Positions 32,401 to 44,400 of a stretch of DNA of 64,000 nucleotides are shown here, one piece after another. How positions within the stretch are numbered: the first letter of the stretch is position 1; every line of letters begins with the position of its first letter. This DNA comes from Macrostomum lignano (taxonomy: Eukaryota): positions 558,001 to 622,000 of the forward strand of contig NIVC01000392.1 in assembly GCA_002269645.1 (NCBI GenBank). The letters run 5' to 3'. Position numbers and translations under genes: made by a program. The notes under the pieces are model-generated. The model was given only the letters and a program-made list of their open reading frames with translations, was not told where the DNA came from and searched no databases.

Positions 32401-35400
32401 GCCCGGGGACCGAGTGGGCGAGGACCGGTGTTGCCGTGACGGCCCTGACAGGTGGACAGGTGTGAGGCTTCATTGTCTAACAGTTATGAGACTTCAGTGT
32501 TTAACAGGTGTGAGACTTCAGTGTCTAACAGGTGTGAGACTTCAGTGTCTAAAAGGTGTGAGACTTCAGTTTCTAACAGGTGTGAGACTTCAGTGTCTAA
32601 CAGGTGTGAGACTTCAGTGTCTAACAGGTGTGAGACTTCAGTGTCTAACAGGTGTGAGACTTCAGTGTCTAACAGGTGTGAGACTTCAGTGTTTAACAGG
32701 TGTGAGGCTTCAGTGTTTAACAGGTGTGAGACTTCAGTGTCTAACAGGTGTGAGACTTCAGTGTCTAACAGGTGTGAGACTTCAGTGTCTAACAGGTGTG
32801 AGACTTCAGTGTCTAACAGGTGTGAGACTTCAGTGTTTAACAGGTGTGAGACTTCAGTGTCTAACAGGTGTGAGACTTCAGTGTCTAAAAGGTGTGAGAC
32901 TTCAGTTTCTAACAGGTGTGAGACTTCAGTGTCTAACAGGTGTGAGGCTTCAGTGTTTAACAGGTGTGAGACTTCAGTGTCTAACAGGTGTGAGACTTCA
33001 GTGTCTAACAGGTGTGAGACTTCAGTGTCTAACAGGTGTGAGACTTCAGTGTCTAACAGGTGTGAGACTTCAGTGTCTAACAGGTGTGAGACTTCAGTGT
33101 CTAACAGGTGTGAAGCTTCAGTGTTTAACAGTTGTGGGACTTCAGTGTCTAACAGGTGTGAAGCTTCAATGTCTGACAGGTGTGAGACTTCAGTGTCTGA
33201 CAGGTGTGAAGCTTCAATGCTGACAGGTGTGAAGCTTCAGTGTCTAACAGGTGTGAGACTTCAGTGTCTAACAGGTGTGAGACTTCAGTGTCTAAAAGGT
33301 GTGAGACTTCAGTGTCTAACAGGTGTGAGACTTCAGTGTCTAACAGGTGTGAGACTTCAGTGTCTAACAGGTGTGAGACTTCAGTGTCTAACAGGTGTGA
33401 GACTTCAGTGTCTAACAGGTGTGAGACTTCAGTGTTTAACAGGTGTGAGGCTTCAGTGTTTAACAGGTGTGAGACTTCAGTGTCTAACAGGTGTGAGACT
33501 TCAGTGTCTAACAGGTGTGAGACTTCAGTGTCTAACAGGTGTGAGGCTTCAGTGTCTAACAGGTGTGAGGACTCTGTGTCTAAAATTTCTAATCATTTAC
33601 CAACTCCCACCTGTATTTCCACGGTGAAAATTTTAGGCGGTCGAGGCTCCGAGCCGCCCGCCTTTGCTGCCGTTCTCACTCCGATTACGTAATCAACCAC
33701 CCGGAGGCCGCGATCCAACGGCACGTCGTGACAGACCGCGCCAGCCTCGGACGCGGCGCCGAACTCCAAGGCTGTCCAGCGTCGAATAGCTGGATTGTTG
33801 GTGCTGATAGCGCTAGCCAGCCAGTTCCCAGCCTCCCGGATGCAGACTCCACTGAGGGTGGCGTCCAGCGACGCTGAGCGTCCAAGTTCGATACGGAGCT
33901 GTTGGACCCGGCCGGTGGTGCCCTGCCCGAAATCGGTGGCGAACTCGGCCAGACGGCCTGGCGGCAGGTCCACGCCCGGCTGGGTGAGCGGGCCGGATTG
34001 GCCCTTAGCGCCGATGGCTGTGACCTGAGCATGCGTGCATAGGCATTTTCCAGGTGAATATCGGGTAATACCAAGTATGCAACATGGCAGGATATCCGTA
34101 AATTTACGGGTGGTAAATAGCTCGATATATCTGTTGAGTTACCAGATTGAGATACCAGGTTGAGATACCAGGTTGAGATACCAGATTAAGACACCAGGTT
34201 GAGATACCAGATTAAGATACCAGGTTGAGATACCAAATTAAGACACCAGGTTGAGATACCAGATTAAGATACCACTAGGTTAAGATACCGGGTTGAGATC
34301 AGATCGAGATACCATGCAGATTGAGATACCAGATTGAGGCACCAGATCAAGATACCAGATTGCGATACGAGATTGAGATACGAAATTGACACCAGGTTGA
34401 GATACCAGGCTAAGACACCAGGTTGAGAGACCGGGTTAAGATACCAGGTTGAGATACCAGATTGTGATACTTGAATATACATTGCCATAGAACACCTATG
34501 TAAACGACCTAACCACCCCTAGTAAAATCCAAGGTGGAATACACCTGGCTGGGTGAGATACCAGGCAAAATAGCACTCATACCGGGTTGCAAAGTTGGGA
34601 CACACCTGCCAAGATACTGGGTGTAGCCAACCATATATAATGACTCTGGGTGGGAGACAGACAGACAGAAAATTAAACACGATTGACCGCCCCCATGCTC
34701 ACATGCACCGGCCCCTTGTAGTGCTCCGAGTCAGCAGCGATGCACAGAGTCAGCACCACCTGGCCACCAAAGAAATTGAACTCCGCTTCGCTCACGTGCA
34801 CCGATTCGTGCGCGGTCAGCTCGCGCTCTACTGACACCTGATCGAATGCCGATTCGAACCAACGACCGCACGGAAATATCATCTTGGTCTCGGCTGAAGC
34901 TTCTCGCACTGAGATCTGCATGATTTTGTCATTTGAAAGGATCCCAGTTACTGTAGGACATGTATAGACACGTACTCAGACAGGGACACAAACTTATTCA
35001 GAATGGGTATATTACGAGCTATCTGCCGTGACTTTCTCATTCTCTGCTCATGAGCTCACGAGACCTCTGCCTATTTGCCAGAGGGTTCCTTAACTTGATA
35101 AACGTAGCACTGTCAGGTAGTTTATGAAGCTACGATGATATTTACGTCATCACCTCGTTTGCAAGTGGGCTGTGAGCACTGTTGGAAAATCAAAGCCATA
35201 CAATCGACTGCCAGATAAAATGGACTCTGTCTGACAGTTGTACAAACTCTGCCTTATTTATAGGGGTTGGCTGTTATGTCTCTGTGTGCGTGAGATATTG
35301 ACGTTTTCAGGCTCTCTCTGCCAGCTCGTCCGCTGCCTAAGGGCTACTGGGCGAGCGCCAACCACCTCCTTGGACTTAGCGGAGGGGATCGGAATAGGCG

Positions 35401-38400
35401 CCAACGCCTCCCCAGGGAACTCCCTGCAGCTACGTCAAGTGAGTCAATCCTTCTACACGTACTTTAGTTGCTATGGCACGCAATCAAAACGCAAGGGGAT
35501 ATTACAGTTCAGTACTGATGCAGCTCAGCCTCACGCTAGCAAGACTCCAGCCTTACCCAGTCAAAGCAGCAGCCAACCCCGGCTCTTCCAGGCTTGTCGT
35601 GCCCCACGAACACGGTGCTCAGGCTGCCTAGGTCCACCGCCTCGATAAGGAAGCGACGCAGGTCGGCCTCACTGAACCAGAGCGATCTGTCCCGGTCATG
35701 CAGCAGAAACCGACGGCCCGTGTTGCCGCCACTGCCACTGATGTCGACGAAGAACTCAGTGTCTGTGGCGGCTCCAAACCTCTGCGCAACTTGCATGGCA
35801 ACCTCGTACTGCTTGATAGTTCTGTCTGCTTCTAGGGACACCTCTTTGGCTAGGACAGCGTCCGACGTGCGTCCCAGCTTCACGCCCAGCTCGACATCGT
35901 GCTGCTGTTTCTCAGCTTCATCGCCAGCCTCTTCAAGAATCTGACGACAGATTCGAATTCCACTAACGCAGAAATTATCCCAGGTGTCCTGATGATGCAC
36001 CGACAGACGCAGTTTCCACAGGCGGCCCAGCGGTTCCGTGACCAAACGGAACTCGCACTCGGATCCTGGCGTGAGCTCCTGCTGAGCCTGCTGCCGGTTC
36101 TTGCCGTCATCATTCCCCGAGGACTCAGCGTTCAGGCACACGTCTCTGCTATGACCGGAGTCGCCGTACAGTGCCAGGAACACCCTGCCGGTCTGCTTGG
36201 GCCCGGAGTCCAGCGCAATTCGCAGGGTGACGATCCAGTCCCACTGGGACGGCTGCTTGCCGGATGCCTGCCGCTCGTCGAGCTGTCGAGCCTCGGCCTC
36301 TTGCTGCTGCTGCTGCTGATTCAGCAACTCTGGCGTCGCAGCCGCTGTCGATTGAGCTCCATCGGGCAGCAGCTCGACCGACGCCACATCAGGGCCCAAC
36401 TCGGCGCTGCTGTTGTTGAACACTTGGACGCCGAGATCCGGTCGTTGCGGTACACTGATCCTCACGCTGTCAAACAGCCAGGCATCGTCTGGCTGGGGAT
36501 TTTCCAGGCCGACCTGAACTGCAACCAGGCGATCCAGATCCACACAGTCTATGCGGAAGGAGTCCACGGCGTCTGGAGATAGAGGCGACGGTGTCTGCTC
36601 GACATCAGCATGGCCCTTAGCGTCTTTAGGTGGACGGTGCAGCCGCCTGTAGCCGGAGTCTCCACGAGTGCCGAGAAGTTGCACGTAGGGTCTCGAACCG
36701 CCGGACGGCACCGTGTGAGCGTTCTCAATCTCAACAGTGTAGCTCAGAACTGGAGGGTAAAGTTGAGAGGCATGCTAGTCAAAATGTTTGACGCTTCCTT
36801 CACTTTGAGATTGTCCTTTTCAGGATTTTCTAACTTGCGATATGTTAAAATTTGCTAAAATCTAAGCTTTGCTCACCAGACAATTTCTCTGACAGAGGCA
36901 GCTCGTGAGCCACCTCGTGCAGGGGGCCGCGCCGACGGCCGAACCACTGATCAACGGGGCAGGTGAACTTCTCGTGCGGGGCCGTTCGATGCTCCAAAAT
37001 CACCTGGTAAAATGAAGAATAAATAAACAATGACTGTTGTCTCACCGGAGACTTTCAGGTATGACTGTTGTCTCATCTGAGACTTTGAGAAAGTACTCTC
37101 GGACCACCCAAGATTTTAGGGATGTTTTACTAGAGGCTGGAGGACTGTGTGCACCCTGGCGCACTTTAAGCGACATTGTCCCAACCGGTGAGAGGCATTG
37201 CTGGCCATTCCGCCGACTCCCCTGAGCAGGCACACACACAGAAGTGTACAGCGGCCCTAACCTTATTTATGTACATTATGTACATTATGTACATTATGTA
37301 CATTAGGCATGTACACTTCACTGTGTCTTAGGGGTTGGCCTTCAAGGCCGTTAATTGCATGAGCAGAGCCAAGCAGAAATTCCAGTTTAGCCCCAAATTA
37401 ATGTGACTGCACTTGGAATCGAGCCTGGGCCGCTGGCACATCAGAACGCTGCGCCAGACCAGTGGGCTACGGCCCACTTTGTCTTTAGGGATAATTATAT
37501 CAGCAGAGCTTTGTACCTGTTTAACAAACCACTCATGCTCGTCGCGATCATCGGAAGTGCTCAGCCGCAGTTTGTACAGTTCACCGAGTTCGGCAGCCTT
37601 CAGCTTCAAAGGCAGATCAGCGTCGCATTGGGGATGCAGCTGCAATTTCTCAGTTTGCGATTTGATGCGTAAATTTTCGGACTTGCCGGTGGCGCCGTAC
37701 ACCTGGACGAAGATTTCGCTGTCGGCTGAGCAGCCGGTCTCGCCTGTGCTCACTCGCAGCTGCCAGTCGTACTCTGAAGATCGTGTTGAGGATAGGTAAA
37801 TTGAGAGACTACAGGTGATCTTTGATAGGTAGAGCCGCAGGTTCGAAGTGGTGAATGCAAATTTTGGCGAGGGTAACTTTGAGATTATGATTCTGATAGG
37901 TAAATTCCGAGAGGTATAATAGATTCCTAGAGGTAGATTTCGAAAGGTAGATTCCGAGAGGTAGATTCCGAGAGGTAGATTCCGAGAGGTAGATTCCGAG
38001 AGGTAGATTCCGAGAGGTAGATTCCGAGAGGTAGATTCCGAGAGGTAGATTCCGAGAGGTAGATTCCGCGAGAGGTAGATTTCGAGAGGTAGATTTCGAG
38101 AGGTAGATTCCGAGAGGTAGATTCCGAGAGGTAGATTCCGAGAGGTAGATTCCGAGAGGTAGAGTCGAAGTTTTTGGACGATATAGCGGGAATCAAGAAC
38201 TCAGCTTCACAACTTCGTAATAAACTGACGACAAAGCAAGAAGAACCAGAGAAATGAAATACAAAAGTGTTAGCAAAAGCTCAAGCATAGACTTTGCGAG
38301 ATTTTACATGCTTACGAGGCACTGACGTAATAGTTTTTTGTCATCAAGAAATCTAACTTCGGTATAAAACACACTCTTCATCCCAAATAATCTGTGTGAC

Positions 38401-41400
38401 GTTGCTAGTTTAAGTGGTCCCGCAAAAGGGCCGTTGGACTATAGTTTCCCTTGCAATTTCTCATTTTAATTTCTCCAATAGTTTATTTTAACGTTTACTT
38501 GTAGTAGCGTGCAAATAATCTGTATCAACTGCTAATTCACTGTGTATTTGGTAGGCCTTGCGTTCGTCTGTAAATTTTAGCACGATCGATAATTTTAAAT
38601 TCTCTCGCCAGCCAATGAAAGCTCTCCGTGTTTTATGCTACCCCCTTTTGCGCTCTTTATTAACCCCCGCCTGGCGGCGGGCTCCTCTCTTGCCAACTTG
38701 TTGCCGCGATATTGCCAGTGCTACCGCTACAAACCGCCGTGTTGTCTCAACTAGTATTTCTTCGTCACCACGACAAAACACGTGACAATCTGCAACCCAG
38801 CTGATAGTGCATGTTTTAGAAAATAAATTATTTGCTACATCTTTTGATAAAAATTAATGTTTCCTAGCTTTGTTTTGGATAGTAAAGCGATGTTAAAAGC
38901 TAATTTTTATAGCCAAAACATGCTAATTTCTTTGACCATTCAATTTATTTTGTCACCGCAAAAACCACGTCGATTACTATACGATAAGTCGTCATAAATC
39001 GTTTATTGAATAATTTTGCACTTTGTCGAATTATCAATTAGATGAGCATAAAATTGCAATGACTTGCAGATTGAATTTTAATTGTACTTTATAGGGCTGG
39101 GTAAAATCAGGAATTAATCATTAAGTACGCTCGTAAAACGTTTAATTCTTAAGAACTTTCTAAGATTTTGTCATCGCAAAAAAATGAATTTTTAATTCTA
39201 AATTTAAAACTTTGCGCTTTTTAACTGTGTCCCTCCCTAAAACTGACTTGGAAACTGAAAAAACTACATTTAGCTAGATTTTAATGCTGAAAAATAAATG
39301 TTAGAATATCCTAACTATATACCTTTTAGCGATCCAGCCCGCCAAAACTGCAATCGATTTTGCCCGCGGAAAAATATCACTTACAATTTTGCTGTCTAGG
39401 CCAAGTCCGCTCAGTCATGACCAGAGCCTCAGCCACAGACAACTCTTTGAAAACTGCAATCAATTTTGCCAAAACTGCGACCTAGTTTGCCCATAGCAAG
39501 CCAAGAAGATTTTTTTTGAGAATCAATTCGGAAGTGTGACGAAATAAACTGTAACAGTGAACAATAAACAGCGAGTTTATAATGGGGTAGACGTAGACAC
39601 AAATGCTCTCAATCATAGCATTGTTAAGGGACCTCCGCTTGGCTTGAATCAATGGCTGCTGGTCCTTCGCTGAAATCCTGTTATAAGGTCCACGCTGGGC
39701 CATTATTTGATCTTGCTATGTATGTCTGTGGTGTTTTCTTTGCTATGGGCAAACCAGGTCGCAGTTTTGGCAAAAGAGTTGTCTGTGGCTGAAACTCTGG
39801 TCACGACTGAGCAGACCCGGCCTAGACAGCAAAATTATAAGTGATATTTTCCGCGGGCAAAATCGACTGCAGTTTCGGCAAACTAGATCGCTAAAAGGTA
39901 TATTAAGAATTTATAGTTACGCTTATAGGTAGCTAAAGTTAAAATCAATGGAAACTTGAGCAGCTTCAACACCGCGGATACGTACATGTAGTTATAGTAA
40001 TGTTTCATGACTTTCGCTGTTTTCTCACCCACTTATCGTAAATTATTTATCAATTAAATTCAAGATGTTTAATTTAATCGCTTGAATTTATACGTAGCAG
40101 AGCAGATATAATAAATAGTATAGTTCTTATTACACAAGAAGACAAAATATCGAGAAGCGTGTGATACATTCAGAATCTGCTCCGCAATGTCCGATTAAAA
40201 TTAGTGCAAATCTTTGACCAATCAGTTATCAAAGAGGGTGGGGTTAATTAGGAGAATTTTTGATTTCTTGGGCTAAAATAGATGGGGAAGATATCATAAA
40301 AATCATTATTTATTAAAACGTGTGCGTGTAGTTTATCAATTTCTCGCGCTTTGCCATGCAAATGCAAGCCAAAAGAAGATCGATGTTCATCGACGAAGTT
40401 TGTCTCATTCGTTTTTGTCTAACGGGGAAATCGGTTTGTGGAAAATGCTTTTTTAGAAAATATGCATTTATCGCTAATGTAAAATAAAACCATTTAGCAG
40501 AGCTGTAGCAACTTTTCTACATGTGGATTAGATTACTATAAAATAATTATCGGGGTTTTGCGTTGGAAATCTATTGTACTCAATACTGTGCTTTTTACTC
40601 TTATACACAGCCTACATGTATTGAATATCAGATATATTGCAGGTGCTTCAGTACATTAAATAAATTAAATTACGCTCTCATTAAACAAATCGTTAGAAAA
40701 ACTTTTTTGCTTACCTCCTGGCTGAGCAGAGGCTTGATTGCCTGCAAGGAATTTAAAATTTAGGAAAATAAAGTATCAAGAATTCATGCAGATCTCATAT
40801 TGTAAAAAGAAATTCGAAAAATACTATCAGAAATCTACTACTGTATATACTACATACTGTAAATACATGTACATGTAGTACAGTTTTCACTCGTAACCAG
40901 TTTACCCGATCCCATTTATATACTACCATGTGACTGTGCGCTTCAACTTAGTCATTCAGCAGTACGAGTAGGACAATTTGTGTCCCCTCGAACATCACGA
41001 GGCTTTCAGATAATATACAGTACATCATCATAATCGGCACACATGTACATTAAACTTTAGAGAGAGCAATAAAATTAAAATCAGAGGAAAAAGACGTCTT
41101 TTTGCCTGCTGAAAAGCATAAAGATTGAAACCGAGTTACTTATATCAAATGTTTACCAATTTAGGTACAAGGAAAGTTTTATACCGCATTCTTTCATAGA
41201 AAACCAGTACAAGATGAAAATACTAAAAAGGAAATGCAGAAGCATTACAAAGTCTTGTTTAGAAAAACGCAAAATTTTTTATAATCGATTAACTAAAAAA
41301 TAAAATATGAAGTTTAACATATCGAGCTTAAAATATGCTAAAAAAACTATACCACGCCACTCGAATAAGCCATTCTGAAATTTTCGAGACTGATGTTTCG

Positions 41401-44400
41401 ACTGAAAAAGAATTTGTTATTAGGGTAGGTTGTATAGAATTAGTAGGTACTTCGTTGCATTAAATCGAATTAACTACGAATTGAAATCATGTTAATCATT
41501 GACGTTTAAACAAAATGACATCGGGTGTTGTTAATTTGTTAACAAAATCATGGTTAGCTATAATACTCGTATGTCATAGCTAATGCTGCTATAAAAAATT
41601 CACTAAATTTTTGTTAGTGGAAATTACGTTGAACATTCGTGCCCCCCAGTCTCACTTCCTCATCTCTCAAGGCCTAGTTGTCTTAAATTCTATATTTTTA
41701 GAAAAATTATAGTTTCTGTAGTGATCGAGTTAGTTCATTTTTTATAGTTACAGATTCAAAATATGCCTGTACTATACCTAACATGTACTGAAAAATCATA
41801 ATTATCTGTTAAATCATCGATTATCAAAAGTTATTTTTTTTTCCGAACACTCATTATTGTCACCGGATATTTATACCTTCGTGTATGCCTTCCATTCTTT
41901 TGGCCACTTGATCAGCAATGTCCTCAACTAGGAACTTCGCTGTAAAAATCGTTTTTTAATTTATGTTGGAAAGTTGTTTAATTAGTCAGAAAAAGCCTCG
42001 ATTATTGTTTTAGTAGCTACAGTATTCGTACTTGTAAAACTTATTGCCTTTTTAGTATTTAATGTTTCATTATATTCTTTTATTTTCGTGGAATTTACCT
42101 TCTTTAGCCAGGTCATCGATCTCCTCTTCTTCGGGTGCTGTTGGCTCTTCCGAAGGGTCTGAAAATTTTACCATTGTTAAAAATATGCTTTAGACTACTA
42201 TTGACTGTTGACTTACACTTTATTAAAAGTAGAACTTACCCTCTGCTATATGCGCCAGTTCCGGTTCTTCTTCCTCTGAAGTAGATATAATAGGTTTGAT
42301 TTTATTAGGATTATATACGATGACAATACATTAATTTAATATATTTGAAACGGACATTACAGATGGGACTGTTTCATAATCGTAATTCCATTGTAACAAT
42401 TATAATTCACGTCACGATCGTCAACAAAAAATCACAAATATTAACTTGTTTTAATAAATTCATCTACGCGCAGTAAGTTTTTCAAAAAATGAAACAAATT
42501 GGTAGCTATTATAGCATTGAAATTTTGCGACGATAGTCGACAAGAACTAATTATATGTTTTCATTGAAGGCAAAAATGCTCGTAATTTGAACAGCTTGAG
42601 CACTACTTTAAGAACTAATTTTAGCACCAAAACGGCACGCTTCTTTTCTAGATTAAAAAAACCATGCATGTTTACGTTTATGTCTACCATTTTTTTTAAA
42701 TGCTACTGTTTTATCAAGCTTTTCGCACCTCTCTGCAGCTCTTCAACAGCCAAGTTAATCGCTTGCTTGACTAAATCGTCCACTTTGTGCTCCATGCCTG
42801 TACATTTTGAATAGGACAGTTTTTCTAAGTTAATATTGATATAATACGTGTGCCAATAAATGAACTTAAATAAATTAAAGATACATCACTTTCCAACACA
42901 ATCTCAATCAACTGCGTCTGTCTTACATGTAAGTCTCTTAATTAGCCAAACAGAAAAGATTGTTTTCAAATTGCCAACAGCATTTCGGCGTCAAAAAAGT
43001 GTACTTGGTACGCGAAGTTTCCACCATATAGGCAGCCACCACTCACCCATCGGTCTGAGTATGTAATCCAGCTTGCTGCGGCTCCGTCGCAGCTCCGGCT
43101 GCTGCTCGTTAACGCCGAACTGGACGCTGCCGCCACCGTCGGCTGGCTGTTCCCATGCGACTGTCACGTGATCGCAGTGCCACGGATCGGCGTTGGCAGA
43201 ATCAGCGGAGTCTAAGTCAACTGAGACGTGACAGCGAGTTAGTCGGCCCAAATCCACGGCGTTCAGTTGCAGAGTCAGCGTCTGTAAGATTTGATTTGAG
43301 ATTCCCCTGATGTCTAAATCTGCATCCTCATTGTTAAGTTGGCTGCAGGGAACTGCCGACCAGCAGCCGAGCAGTATAGTGCCCACTACGCTGACGTCCC
43401 TGAACACGCAAACTGATACTGTGCGCAGGCACACAATCACACAGGGTGTACAGCAATCTAAAATCTGTCTCATTGCCAGGCATGTACACTCTCTGTGCCT
43501 TGGGGTTGGCCTTCAGAAATTGTCGAAAGAGGTCTCTTGCTAGGCAACTCCGCTAGCTCAAAAAACATTAATATCAAATCAAACTTTACACCTAGGTGCA
43601 TTTTTTAGCTTACGCTCGTGGGACATATCGATCCAGTTTAATTAAGATTCTGTCCTTCGACGATGTGGAATTTAATGGTGTGTGCTTGTAAAACGCCCCA
43701 AAATTAAAGACCCTTTTCGTTTAGACGACCACTTAGATGATGACCACTTAGATGACCTGCACGCTTACACGACCACTTAGATGATGACCACTTAGATAAC
43801 CACTTAGAGGACCACATAGATGACCACTTAGATGACCACTTAGATGACCACTTAGATAATCAGTTAGATAACCACTTAGACAACCACTTAGATGACCACT
43901 TAGATGACCACTTAGATAACTACTTAGATGACCACTTAGATGACCACTTGGATAACCACTTAGATGATCACTTAGATAACCACTTAGATAACCACTTAGA
44001 TAACCACTTAGATAACCACTTAGATAACCACTTAGATGACCACTTAGATGACCACTTAGATGACCTCTTAGATAACCACTTAGATGATCACTTAGATAAC
44101 CACTTAGATAACCACTTAGATAACCACTTAGATGATCACTTAGATAACCACTTAGATGATCACTTAGATAACCACTTAGATAACCACTTAGATAACCACT
44201 TAGATGATCACTTAGATAACCACTTAGATGATCACTTAGATAACCACTTAGATAACCACTTAGATAACCACTTAGATGACCACTTAGATGACCACTTAGA
44301 TGACCTCTTAGATAACCACTTAGATGATCACTTAGATGACCACTTAGATAACCACTTAGATGACCACTTAGATAACCACTTAGATGACCACTTAGATGAC

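Noticed and set aside
32324-33692. Long repetitive ORFs over minisatellites (also 43748-44491, 45104-46084, 46130-46831, 47733-48179, 57808-58930, 19980-20534)
   Set aside because: Stop-free only because of the repeat unit; most lie inside introns defined by flanking splice sites, and the 19980-20534 set lies in the Helitron 18-bp array
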